NCBI GenBank assembly: GCA_026387475.1
Contig: JAPLLN010000038.1
Span: 1-46,462 of the forward strand
Length of the DNA stretch: 46,462 nt
From: Candidatus Omnitrophota bacterium
GTDB taxonomy: Bacteria > Omnitrophota > Gorgyraeia > Gygaellales > Profunditerraquicolaceae
Direction of reading: 5' to 3'
Shown here: piece by piece, positions 1 to 9,045 of the stretch
Layout: each line of letters begins with the position of its first letter
Numbering within the stretch: position 1 is the first letter of the stretch
The notes under the pieces: generated by a model
Told to the model about the DNA's origin: nothing
Databases searched by the model: none
The model's input: only the letters and a program-made list of their open reading frames with translations
Program-made: the position numbers and the translations under genes

Positions 1-561
1 TAAACAGACTGTATCCAGCTTTTGCTTTCTATTCTCCACTACCCATGACTGAAAATCTTTCAGTGTCAGAAGGTCTGGAAAACCATACAAAATATTAATA
101 TTTTTTATTTTCAGGTATTTAGTACTTGCATGCTCTAAAGAAACTATTTGAGCATCTTTTAGTGTAATTTCGAAATCAGTTTTTTTATCGCGACCGCGCA
201 ATATTAGCCATTTAGTAAACTGTCTAACTGACAAAACTTCATTATTATAAGAAGCCCCCAATAAACTACAATAGATTCTATCTTTCAATAACTTTGTATT
301 ATTCACCCAGGGCCATATCGGATTTTCTAATAGATACACCTCGTCTCCATATGACCGAACAAAAATTGGGTTACCATTTCTAAGATTACCTATCCAACCA
401 GCGACAATACATCCAAATATAGCCCATGAGAGTTCAGTCGGCCACTTAAATATTATTAATGAGGCTAATATTAAGGATGCTGTCCATACTTCCCTTAATC
501 TTAAGCTCAACTCCAGGTCTTTACTTAAAAAATCAAAAAATCGATTTATGGTATCCGACAT
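1..561 (-). CDS. Hypothetical membrane protein, AT-rich, partial (3' end runs off the window)
   Basis: Not in the ORF track. Manual translation from ATG at 561 gives 187 codons with no stop (MSDTINRFFDFLSKDLELSLRLREVWTASLILASLIIFKWPTELSWAIFGCIVAGWIG...), with two N-terminal hydrophobic segments. Starts 10 nt after the upstream stop. Confidence 0.7.
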   Translation of the reverse strand, partial: MSDTINRFFDFLSKDLELSLRLREVWTASLILASLIIFKWPTELSWAIFGCIVAGWIGNLRNGNPIFVRSYGDEVYLLENPIWPWVNNTKLLKDRIYCSLLGASYNNEVLSVRQFTKWLILRGRDKKTDFEITLKDAQIVSLEHASTKYLKIKNINILYGFPDLLTLKDFQSWVVENRKQKLDTVCL

Positions 562-571
562 AGAATAATTC

Positions 572-1489
572 TTAGTAATACGAGATGAGCATCTTTTCCA
601 GATTGCCGCCTAAGATTCCTTCTTTAACCTCTTCCGAAAGCTCGAGATTCTGCACTGCCTGTATTGAACTTACTACATCTTTTTTCGCCGGCCAGTCGCT
701 ACCCCATAAAATATGCTTAGGACCTAACAACTCAAGTGCTGCAAGAAAATTAGTTTTAGACTTATCACCGCTAGTATCCACATAAATATTTTTTAAATAA
801 TCCGTAGGGCTGCTTTTCAAATCTTTGACGAAATTCATCCCACGCAGCATCTGGTATGTGGCGTCAAAGCGATGCGTCAAAAACGGGATGACCCCGCCAA
901 AATAAGCAAAGACGAATTTAGTTTTAGAATAATCGCGCAGGATATCCGCCATTAAGAGCTTGCCGATACAAATAGTCGTATCGAAGACGTACTCGATTAC
1001 CGGAGTCAACAAGGGATCCTGCACCCGCTCAAAACCTATTGGGTTTACTATCTGGGAGTGCACGAAAATAGGGATATTTCTACGCTCTGCCTCTCTATAT
1101 ATAGGTAAGAAAGCCGCATCATCCAAGTATTTGCCGCTATAACTGGAGGCGAGGGAAATCGCCTTAAAGCCCAACTCATCAAGCGCCCTTTTCAGCTCAT
1201 TCAGCATATTTTCAGGCTCATCGACCGGCAAAACCGCGGCCCCGATAAATCTTTTAGGATAGCGCTTAATGATCTTAGAGACGTTGTCGTTATAAATCCG
1301 GGCGACTTCTTTAAGGCTCCCTAATTTCAGATGCGCATCTGAGGTAGGATACGTTAAAACCGCCTTGCTGATCCCCGCTTCATCCATAATCCTGGCCTGG
1401 GCTTCGATATCCCCCCAACCCTTATGGAAAAAGTGGGCGTTGCTTATGATCTCATCCGGGAGCCAGTGGCTGTGGCTGTCGATTATCAT
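572..1489 (-). CDS. Amidohydrolase_2 family protein (ACMSD / aromatic-acid decarboxylase-like)
   Basis: IDSHSH (HxH), IFVHS, YVDTS and LWGSDWP motifs; 305 aa. Confidence 0.85.
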   Translation of the reverse strand: MIIDSHSHWLPDEIISNAHFFHKGWGDIEAQARIMDEAGISKAVLTYPTSDAHLKLGSLKEVARIYNDNVSKIIKRYPKRFIGAAVLPVDEPENMLNELKRALDELGFKAISLASSYSGKYLDDAAFLPIYREAERRNIPIFVHSQIVNPIGFERVQDPLLTPVIEYVFDTTICIGKLLMADILRDYSKTKFVFAYFGGVIPFLTHRFDATYQMLRGMNFVKDLKSSPTDYLKNIYVDTSGDKSKTNFLAALELLGPKHILWGSDWPAKKDVVSSIQAVQNLELSEEVKEGILGGNLEKMLISYY

Positions 1490-1881
1490 TTATGCTCCGC
1501 GCTCTTTAAAATTCGCTCGGTCATCTCTCTTTCATAGAGCGCTTTTATTTTCTCCAGCGCCTTATTGCCCAATTCCTTCTGTATCACCTTTTCAATAGCC
1601 TGCAACTTCATGGCCAGAAAGGTATATTCCGGCCTTATTTGTTTGCCGTCGTATTTTAAGGCAAACCCGTCCAGCTCTTTTTCCAGCATATAGGCCTCAA
1701 AACCGGCGAGCAGTTTCTCTGTTCCCTTAGCCTTATTCTGCTTTTTAAGTTCTTTCAAAATAACTTTATCCACCTCTACCTGGGTGAACTTGCGCTCTAT
1801 CTTATCCAAGGCCTCCTTGGTGGTTTTATAGAACCAGACCAAATAACGCCTTTTAAGATTTTTAATATCCTGATTGTGCAT
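1486..1881 (-). CDS. Hypothetical helical protein in the PKS operon
   Basis: 131 aa; stop overlaps the next start by 4 nt and start lies 1 nt after the upstream stop; no motif recognised. Confidence 0.75.
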   Translation of the reverse strand: MHNQDIKNLKRRYLVWFYKTTKEALDKIERKFTQVEVDKVILKELKKQNKAKGTEKLLAGFEAYMLEKELDGFALKYDGKQIRPEYTFLAMKLQAIEKVIQKELGNKALEKIKALYEREMTERILKSAEHK

Positions 1882-1882
1882 T

Positions 1883-2653
1883 TTATTTCCCCGGATGCTG
1901 CTGCTTAAACGGTATGACGGGCGCTACCCACGGCGTCTGCTGGTTGATAATAGCTATTTCCAGCGGGCAGACATTAGCCGGAACAGTAAGCGCAAACTTT
2001 AGCGCATTTTCAATCGCTTCAGTAGACATTAAACGTGAAGTATCCTCGGTGACATTCTTCAGTTTTCCCGTAAGGTCAGTATCGGTGACGCCGGGGAGCA
2101 GCGAAGTAACCTTGATGCCGTAATCGCGTATCTCCCAGAAAAGCCCCTTAAGAAAAGCGCGCAACCCTACTTTTAACGAGCTATAAACTATAAAGGTGCG
2201 CGGGAGCGGATCGCAAAGCGTAGAGCCGGAAACCATATTGATGATGGCGCCGGACTTCTGCTTGATCATATCATTGATCACCAGGCGGATCAGGCGCACA
2301 TATCCCAGATAATTTGTATGCGCTAATTTCTCGAAATCCTCTATCGGCTGCTTCTCGAAAGGATACTGGCTTGAGATCCCGGCATTATTGATCAGGATAT
2401 CGATACGGCCGTATTTTTCCTTGGTCTTATTGACTAGATTCTCAAGGTCTTCTAACTTGGTCACGTCGCACTCTACCGGGAGGACTTCGACTTTATATTT
2501 CTTGGCGATTTCATCCGCGGTTTCTTTTAAAGGCTCGATCTGGCGCGCGGCAATAGCCAGGTTTATCCCTAAGCTTGCTGCGGTAGAAGCCAGGGCTTTA
2601 CCTATTCCGCGGCTTGCTCCGGTGACAATGGCAACCCTTCCTTTTAAATCCAT
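1883..2653 (-). CDS. SDR family oxidoreductase (putative polyketide ketoreductase)
   Basis: TGASRGIG, NNAG and YSSLK (YxxxK) motifs. Confidence 0.9.
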   Translation of the reverse strand: MDLKGRVAIVTGASRGIGKALASTAASLGINLAIAARQIEPLKETADEIAKKYKVEVLPVECDVTKLEDLENLVNKTKEKYGRIDILINNAGISSQYPFEKQPIEDFEKLAHTNYLGYVRLIRLVINDMIKQKSGAIINMVSGSTLCDPLPRTFIVYSSLKVGLRAFLKGLFWEIRDYGIKVTSLLPGVTDTDLTGKLKNVTEDTSRLMSTEAIENALKFALTVPANVCPLEIAIINQQTPWVAPVIPFKQQHPGK

Positions 2654-2668
2654 GGCATTATTCCTTTC

Positions 2669-3112
2669 TTATTTATTCGCTGCTTTCTCGATAGAATCTT
2701 TAAATATCTTTAAATTATCCTTGGAGTGCTTATTGATAAAACCCTCAACCTGTTCGTCATTAAACTTTGCTTTTTCGTCCATCTCAAAATGCTGGATCCA
2801 AACCAACTCCACCCCTTCCGGCTTAGGAGTATATAACCAGACGATTTTCATGTACTTAAAGGGAAATTTCGGCTCCTGTCTTTCAGCATAAGCGAAATAT
2901 TTGTCTTTAAAGAGCAGGCGCCAGGAGACCCAGGACTTGCCTTCATCATCTGTAAGGCGAAAGGTGATTTTATTATCTTTTTTCTCCACTACTTCCGCCT
3001 TCTGATATTCTCCGCCGAATAATTCCGTCCAGCGCGGGATATCATTAGAAATATCGAATACCTTATCGTAAGGCGCGTTAATAATAATCGAGTTGCAAGT
3101 ATGCCCGGCCAT
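2669..3112 (-). CDS. Monodomain polyketide aromatase/cyclase (SRPBCC; TcmN / WhiE-ORFVI type)
   Basis: MAGHTxNSI, NDIxxWxELF, FRLT, WVSWR, PFKYMKIVWLY and WIQHFEM closely follow WhiE ORFVI / TcmN as recalled. Confidence 0.9.
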   Translation of the reverse strand: MAGHTCNSIIINAPYDKVFDISNDIPRWTELFGGEYQKAEVVEKKDNKITFRLTDDEGKSWVSWRLLFKDKYFAYAERQEPKFPFKYMKIVWLYTPKPEGVELVWIQHFEMDEKAKFNDEQVEGFINKHSKDNLKIFKDSIEKAANK

Positions 3113-3114
3113 AA

Positions 3115-3441
3115 TTATTTCTCCTTTCCCATCAGACTCAATAAAATCGCTAAATTCGAATCCTTATCTGCGCTCAATGAATGGGGCGCCCCTGCCGGCA
3201 TAAAGATAAATACGCCCGGGCTCATCCGGATCTTCTTACCCCCTAAAACAAAAATCCCTTTGCCTTTTAAGACCGTTACTGCCGCTTCGCGGGTCGAAGT
3301 ATGCTCGGAAATATCGGTCCCCTTGGCCAGGCACATCAAGGTATAATTTGAGGTCTCGGTCTTAACCAATACCTTGCTGAAAATCCCTTCCTTGGGAAAC
3401 TCCATTAATCTTTTCAAATCTTTAAGTTCGGATTTAATCAT
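3115..3441 (-). CDS. Cupin domain protein (possible TcmJ-like cyclase)
   Basis: HTS..E...VLKGKG and PAGAPH cupin motifs; lies between two cyclase genes. Confidence 0.8.
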   Translation of the reverse strand: MIKSELKDLKRLMEFPKEGIFSKVLVKTETSNYTLMCLAKGTDISEHTSTREAAVTVLKGKGIFVLGGKKIRMSPGVFIFMPAGAPHSLSADKDSNLAILLSLMGKEK

Positions 3442-3443
3442 TA

Positions 3444-4241
3444 TTATAAGATTGCGACTACGCGCGACCAGGCAGCTCCGGTGCGTTTGATCTTGACCGG
3501 AAAACAGATGACCTTAAAACCAAAATCCGGCAAATTCTCCAAGTTCGCGAGGCGCTCAATGTGAATAAACTCACGCTTCCTGCCGTAAAAATGAGCCGGG
3601 TATAAATATTTGATGTCTTTTTTCTCTAAGAATTCCTTAAGCATAAAACGGTACGGCCGGTCTATCCCCATCGTATCCGTGCCGAATATCTTTACACCCC
3701 GATTCAAAAGGTAATCTATGGCCAGTGGGTCTATACCGGGATAATCCGTAAAATATTTAGGGGAGCCGTGCAATTTATCCGCGCCGGTCTGGATCAAGAC
3801 TATATCGTTAGGCTTAAGGGCGTACTTGATCTTTTTTAGAGCCTCTTCTATATCCTGCGGCCCGATAGTTTCCGCAGGTTTCTTGTGGGTCATATCCAGT
3901 TTTACGCCGTCGTTATAACACCAATCCAGCGGGATCTCTTCCGCGGTCTTGGAAGGCCGGTTTTCTGACTTTGAGCCGTAATGAAAAGAGTAATCCAGGT
4001 GCGTTCCCACATGGACCGGGGCATGCACTATCTCCAAAGAAAGGAATTCTTCGTCCGGAAGGTCTTCCTTTTTAAGGATGCGCGCCCCTAACGCGTATTT
4101 TATTTTGCCGAGCAAAGTTTTACCCATGATCACGCGGTTGAATTTCTCCACCCCGGCTTTATGGGAGATGCGCTCGATATCGACCTTATGCACCTCAAAA
4201 GCCTTCTCGTCGATGGGAAGGCTTATATCGATTATCTTCAT
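3444..4241 (-). CDS. Metal-dependent cyclase family protein (kynurenine formamidase fold; DpsY/OxyN-type ring cyclase)
   Basis: HVGTHLDYSFH (HxGTHxDxxxH), GTDTMGID, IERLANL motifs. Confidence 0.88.
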   Translation of the reverse strand: MKIIDISLPIDEKAFEVHKVDIERISHKAGVEKFNRVIMGKTLLGKIKYALGARILKKEDLPDEEFLSLEIVHAPVHVGTHLDYSFHYGSKSENRPSKTAEEIPLDWCYNDGVKLDMTHKKPAETIGPQDIEEALKKIKYALKPNDIVLIQTGADKLHGSPKYFTDYPGIDPLAIDYLLNRGVKIFGTDTMGIDRPYRFMLKEFLEKKDIKYLYPAHFYGRKREFIHIERLANLENLPDFGFKVICFPVKIKRTGAAWSRVVAIL

Positions 4242-4468
4242 TGGCCTATTTTAGACTGAACTACTTTAGCGATATCGCTGATAGTGGAAAACTTAGTGAT
4301 ATCCTTAGGGTTTAACTTAATATTAAACTCCTTGCTTAAGGCAATCACAGTCTCCACCATCTCCGTCGAATCCACGCCTATGGAATCCTGCAAAGACACG
4401 TCGTCTTTAAGCTCTTCCGGCTTGACTCTTAATAATTTTACTAAAACCTCTTTGATCTTATTTTTCAT
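4238..4468 (-). CDS. Acyl carrier protein
   Basis: 76 aa with GVDSTEMV phosphopantetheine attachment motif. Confidence 0.92.
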   Translation of the reverse strand: MKNKIKEVLVKLLRVKPEELKDDVSLQDSIGVDSTEMVETVIALSKEFNIKLNPKDITKFSTISDIAKVVQSKIGQ

Positions 4469-5928
4469 ATTTGCACCTCACCCTTAGTCGCAGCTGCCTC
4501 CCATTTGTTGATACCATCCATGACATCCTTAAAGCAAAGTTTAGCCAACGGATCGAAATCGCTCTCCATGATCCGGTTTATGCGCCCGGGCTTAGAGAAG
4601 AATTCGCGCATGCACCATGAACCCAGGCGGCCTAAGTCTTCAGTGCTCAAATGATCCGTAGGGATAACCGGATGCAGAAAATCCCAGGTGCTGAAATCCA
4701 CTTTTTTAGGATCGACCCACCCTTTCTTTAAAGCGATCCTCCACATCGGCGAATTCGGCGCGGGAGTTACATAACCGACCCAAAGAATATCCGGATCGAC
4801 CTCGTCGGTAAACTCAAAACGCTGCTTGATGATCTCCTCAGTGTCATAATCAAAACCCATCATGATATCCGCGACAATTGCGATATCGTTTTTTCGCAGG
4901 ATCTCGATGGTCTTTTTGATCTGATCCAGAGTGATGCCTTTGGCGATCTTCTTAAGTTCCGATTGCGTAGTGACCTCGATCCCGAAGACGCCCATAAAAA
5001 GACCGTTCTCTTTCATAAGCGGTAAAATCGATTCGCAGTTGACCCAGTCGATGGCGCGGCCTAAAGAAACCCACTTGATCGGATTATTAGACGCCTTTTT
5101 GAGCTCGCAGAATTTCTGCACCCTCTTGGGGTCGACATTAAAATTATCATCCTGAATAACTACGACCTTTACCCCGTATTTTCTATGCAGGAGATTCAAC
5201 TCCTCCATAACCCTTTCCGGAGATTTTGCGCGCCATTTCAAGAAATCCGAAGGCGAGCGCGGGTCAAACTGGTCCCACTCATAACAAAAAGTACAGGCCG
5301 AAGGGCAGCCGCGGGAAGTAACCATATCCACGAACGGCTTCCAGTAAGTATGGCCCACGTATTTATCCATAGGAAACAGATCATACGCCGGAAGCGGGAG
5401 TTTATCTAAATCCATCATCAGCGGCTTATGCGGCCCCATGATGATCTCGCCGTTGACGCGCGAAGTCACGCCACCTACATCTTTAAGAGGCTTATTCTTA
5501 TCTATTGCCTCGATCAGGTCGCCGAAAGACTCTTCTTCTCCCATGACCACAAAATCCACGGCCGGGTTTTCTTCCAAAGTATGCACAGGCATCGCGGAAT
5601 ACCATAAACCCCCGAAGATGATCTTGGTCTTGGGCAGGGCAACCTTGATTTTAACCGCCGCGTCCTTAAAATGCCTTAGAACTCCGTAACCACCGTATCC
5701 GTGCAACTGTTCGCCCATGACCACAACGTCCGGATTGATAGCCTTGACCTTTTCAACTAGAGCGTCCATCGGGATCTGGTCGGCTTTTCCGTCGATAACC
5801 GCGACATCAGCATAGCCCCTGGTTTCTCTGACGTAAGCCGCCCAATGGGCATAGAGCTGATTAGGCGACCTGTGAATTCCATGGGTAGCCCATGCGCCGA
5901 CTTTCGGCATAACAAATAAAATCTTCAT
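4465..5928 (-). CDS. Cobalamin-dependent (class B) radical SAM enzyme
   Basis: N-terminal B12-binding domain (KIIFGG, VVMGEEE) followed by SRGCPSACTFC (CxxxCxxC), DDNF and FGIE. Confidence 0.92.
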   Translation of the reverse strand: MKILFVMPKVGAWATHGIHRSPNQLYAHWAAYVRETRGYADVAVIDGKADQIPMDALVEKVKAINPDVVVMGEQLHGYGGYGVLRHFKDAAVKIKVALPKTKIIFGGLWYSAMPVHTLEENPAVDFVVMGEEESFGDLIEAIDKNKPLKDVGGVTSRVNGEIIMGPHKPLMMDLDKLPLPAYDLFPMDKYVGHTYWKPFVDMVTSRGCPSACTFCYEWDQFDPRSPSDFLKWRAKSPERVMEELNLLHRKYGVKVVVIQDDNFNVDPKRVQKFCELKKASNNPIKWVSLGRAIDWVNCESILPLMKENGLFMGVFGIEVTTQSELKKIAKGITLDQIKKTIEILRKNDIAIVADIMMGFDYDTEEIIKQRFEFTDEVDPDILWVGYVTPAPNSPMWRIALKKGWVDPKKVDFSTWDFLHPVIPTDHLSTEDLGRLGSWCMREFFSKPGRINRIMESDFDPLAKLCFKDVMDGINKWEAAATKGEVQI

Positions 5929-5940
5929 CGTTCTTCTCCT

Positions 5941-7173
5941 TTAGGGTTTCTCTACGACCAGAGCGGAATTTATTCCGCCGCGGCCGCGCGAGATGATCAA
6001 TGCCTTCTCTATTCTTTTTTCTTTGGCTTCCTTACCTATATTATAATTCAAAGACTTATCCGCCGGCTCATCCAGATTGACGGTCGGAGGAATAAGGCTG
6101 TGCTCCATGGCTAAGACCGTTGTGATCATATCCACGGCGCCTGACGCGCCCAGAAGATTTCCGAACATGGACTTGGGGCAGCTGACCGGGATATCCTTAG
6201 CCCTTGCGCCGAAAACACTTTTTATGGCGGCGATCTCCGAGTTATCCCAGATATCCACGGCTAAACCGTCTAAACTTATGTAATCTATTTTATCCGCGCT
6301 CACACCAGCGTCATTCAACGCCATATTAATGGCGCGCGCTAATTCTTTACCGTCGGAAGCAGGCTTGATCCTGTCTACCGCGTCGCAGCTGGTCCCGTAA
6401 CCCGAGATCAAAGCCTGGATGACCGCTTTGCGCGACTTTGCCCGCTCAACGTTCTCCATGACCACGATCCCCGAGCCTTCTCCGATGACAAATCCGTCGC
6501 GTTTCTTATCAAAGGGACGGTATGCTTCAGACGGATGCGCGTTATTTTTTGAAAGCGCGCCGTAAGTATTACAGCACAACAATGCGTAAGGAGTAACCGG
6601 GGCTTCCATGCCGCCGGCAAGGATCATATTTAATTTACTTTTGGATAAAACCTTGCGCGCATACCCTAAGGCCATAAGAGAGCTCGCCCGGTCAGCCACT
6701 ACAGTCTTACTAAAACCTTTAATGCCGTAATAGATGGAGACCTGGCCCTGGGGCGCTGCCGGAAACCACGCCGAGGCCATATAAGGAGAGACCCCTTCGC
6801 GTCCCTCGATGTAAAGGTCGCGTAATTCCGTCTCGGCATAAAGCCATCCGCCGATGGCATTACCTAGAAATATCCCCACGAGATTAGGGTCTTCGTTCTT
6901 TATATCGATGCCCGCGTCCTGAAGCGCCATTTCAGATGCGATCAGGGCCATATGCGAGAAGGCGTCGATCTTTTTTAAGAGCCTCTCCGAGACGTGGGTG
7001 TATTTTTCCAGGTCGTCGATCTGTCCGGCGATATGCGACGGATACTTTGAGGCGTCAAAACGCGTGATCTCTTTGACAAACGACCTTCCGGATTTAATAT
7101 TTGCCCAGAACTGGCGCTTGCCTATTCCGGAGGGAGCGACTATGCCTGTACCCGTGATCGCGATTTTTTCCAT
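5941..7173 (-). CDS. Type II PKS chain-length factor (KS-beta)
   Basis: KS fold without the catalytic Cys (VVADRASSLMAL vs CLF VAEQAGGLDAL); VSPYMASAWFPAAPQGQVSI matches the CLF signature; abuts KS-alpha with a 1-nt overlap. Confidence 0.9.
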   Translation of the reverse strand: MEKIAITGTGIVAPSGIGKRQFWANIKSGRSFVKEITRFDASKYPSHIAGQIDDLEKYTHVSERLLKKIDAFSHMALIASEMALQDAGIDIKNEDPNLVGIFLGNAIGGWLYAETELRDLYIEGREGVSPYMASAWFPAAPQGQVSIYYGIKGFSKTVVADRASSLMALGYARKVLSKSKLNMILAGGMEAPVTPYALLCCNTYGALSKNNAHPSEAYRPFDKKRDGFVIGEGSGIVVMENVERAKSRKAVIQALISGYGTSCDAVDRIKPASDGKELARAINMALNDAGVSADKIDYISLDGLAVDIWDNSEIAAIKSVFGARAKDIPVSCPKSMFGNLLGASGAVDMITTVLAMEHSLIPPTVNLDEPADKSLNYNIGKEAKEKRIEKALIISRGRGGINSALVVEKP

Positions 7174-8435
7174 TAGCCACCAAACCTTTTCAAAATTAAA
7201 GCGGAGTGAATCCCCGAAAACCCACTTGAGGTTTTAAGAATAATATTTACTTTTTTTGCGATCGCCTGATTGGGTATGTAGTAGAGATCACACTGCGGAT
7301 CCTTCTCCTCCTGATTTATCGTAGGAGGAAGGATATTCTTCTCAAAGATCATGGCGCAGATGGTAAACTCTACGGCGTTTGCCGCTGCCAACGGATGCCC
7401 GATCATAGATTTAAGCGAGCTGATGGGCAACTTATAAGCATAGTCTCCGAAGATCGCCTTGTAGGCATTGGTCTCAAAGATATCATTCATGCGTGTAGAC
7501 GATCCATGGGCATTGATGTAATCTATTTCCGCGGGTTTAATATTCGCATCTTTTAAACCCAAAGTTATGCAATTCTTCATCGCGTCCCCGTCGCCGGGGA
7601 GATCAGTCATATGAAAGGCGTTGCAGCTGGTCCCGAAACCCATGACCTCGCAATAAATGTGGGCATTGCGCTTGAGGGCGTGATTCAACTCCTCCAAAAC
7701 CAGAAGCCCGGCGCCCTCGGAGAGGACAAAACCGTCGCGTTTGTTATCAAATGGCCGGGACGCCTTTTCCGGCTCATCGTTACGCACTGACAAAACATTT
7801 ACTACGTCGAAAGCGCCGAAGGTGATCGGCGTAATGGGCGCTTCTGCCGCGCCACAGATCATAATATCCTGCTCACCGTCCTGTATGGTCTCCAGCCCAA
7901 AACCCATAGAGTCGGTTCCGGCGGTACATCCCGTAGAAAGGGTATTGCAGATACCTTTAAATCCGTATTTAGAACTAAGTTCGATGGAAGGCGTATTGAA
8001 CATCGCCGCATCATACAAATCAGGCCTGACCAAAGAGGGATCGATCGGCTTTTTGCCGTCGTCGGTGACCAGGGCGAATTCCTCTTCCATATATTTTGTC
8101 CCGCAGATAGCATTTGCGAGGCAGACTCCGATACGCTCCGGGTCTTCTTTAGCGAAATCGATGCCGCTGTCCTTTATCGCCATATTCCCCGCCACGACTC
8201 CGAACTGCACGTATCTATCCATGCGCATCGCTTCTGCGTGCGTAAGTCCTAACTTAAAAGGATCGAAATCGCGCACCTCTGCGGCGATCTTGGTATTAAA
8301 GACCGAAACGTCGAATCCGTCGACCCGCTTGATCCCGGATACGCCTCCGGACATCCCCTTCCAGGCATTATCTTTGCCGATTCCGTTCGGGGAAACCACC
8401 CCTATACCCGTAATAACAACTCTGCGCTTAGGCAT
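7173..8435 (-). CDS. Type II PKS ketosynthase alpha
   Basis: LSTGCTAGTDS (KS-alpha STGCTSG type, not FabF TACA), NAHGSST, KSMIGH, SGFSG. Confidence 0.92.
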   Translation of the reverse strand: MPKRRVVITGIGVVSPNGIGKDNAWKGMSGGVSGIKRVDGFDVSVFNTKIAAEVRDFDPFKLGLTHAEAMRMDRYVQFGVVAGNMAIKDSGIDFAKEDPERIGVCLANAICGTKYMEEEFALVTDDGKKPIDPSLVRPDLYDAAMFNTPSIELSSKYGFKGICNTLSTGCTAGTDSMGFGLETIQDGEQDIMICGAAEAPITPITFGAFDVVNVLSVRNDEPEKASRPFDNKRDGFVLSEGAGLLVLEELNHALKRNAHIYCEVMGFGTSCNAFHMTDLPGDGDAMKNCITLGLKDANIKPAEIDYINAHGSSTRMNDIFETNAYKAIFGDYAYKLPISSLKSMIGHPLAAANAVEFTICAMIFEKNILPPTINQEEKDPQCDLYYIPNQAIAKKVNIILKTSSGFSGIHSALILKRFGG

Positions 8436-8438
8436 GAA

Positions 8439-9044
8439 TTATCTTTTCTCCTCTTCCTTTGCTCTGCTTACCTTAAATACAATGTGCCCCCCGTCCGGAC
8501 AAGTCACCGTATCCAGGGTATCAGGGTTCTTCATAAAGAAAAACTTGGCGCCGAAATTTAAAGCAAATAAAGCCGGAAAGGCGCAGTGAAAAGCCGCGCC
8601 GCAAAAACCCGGAATGCATTTCAAGCCCGTTGTCTCCCATTTATCGCCGACTTTATAGCCAAAAACACATTTGCCGTCAGACTTAAATACTTCAATGACC
8701 ATATTTTTCGGTTTAGGCCCCTTCCAATTCAAGTCCTTAGCCGCGAATTCCGGCTTACCCTCTTTATCGAGGATCTCGGCCTTAAATTCAAGCTTGCCTC
8801 CGTCGGGACAGGTAACTAATAAGGAACGCTGGTTATCCCGGAAAGGGAATTTTGCTCCGAAACTAAGCGCGTAAATTACCGGGAATAACGCATGCGCCAA
8901 GCCTAAGCAGAAAAACTTCGGCGGATGAGTAAAATCTTCCAAAATAAGTTCATCCCCGATCTTATAACCATGATAACAATGCCCCTCCACCTTATTTACC
9001 GTAAGCTTTAATTTAGGAAAAGGGGAATCGATCTTTTCGCTCAT
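8439..9044 (-). CDS. Tandem-duplicated TIGR04076-like Cys-rich protein
   Basis: Two internal repeats of G.C..GYK.GD...FC..A....FP...AL.FGAKF...VTCPDGG. Confidence 0.8.
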   Translation of the reverse strand: MSEKIDSPFPKLKLTVNKVEGHCYHGYKIGDELILEDFTHPPKFFCLGLAHALFPVIYALSFGAKFPFRDNQRSLLVTCPDGGKLEFKAEILDKEGKPEFAAKDLNWKGPKPKNMVIEVFKSDGKCVFGYKVGDKWETTGLKCIPGFCGAAFHCAFPALFALNFGAKFFFMKNPDTLDTVTCPDGGHIVFKVSRAKEEEKR

Positions 9045-9045
9045 C

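Noticed and set aside
5941-8435. Reading the KS pair as fabF duplicates or an aryl-polyene/ladderane cluster
   Set aside because: The STGCT motif, CLF signature and aromatase/cyclases point to aromatic type II PKS, and no FabZ-type dehydratase is present.
7741-8589. 282-aa plus-strand ORF
   Set aside because: Antisense shadow of KS-alpha; no recognisable motifs.
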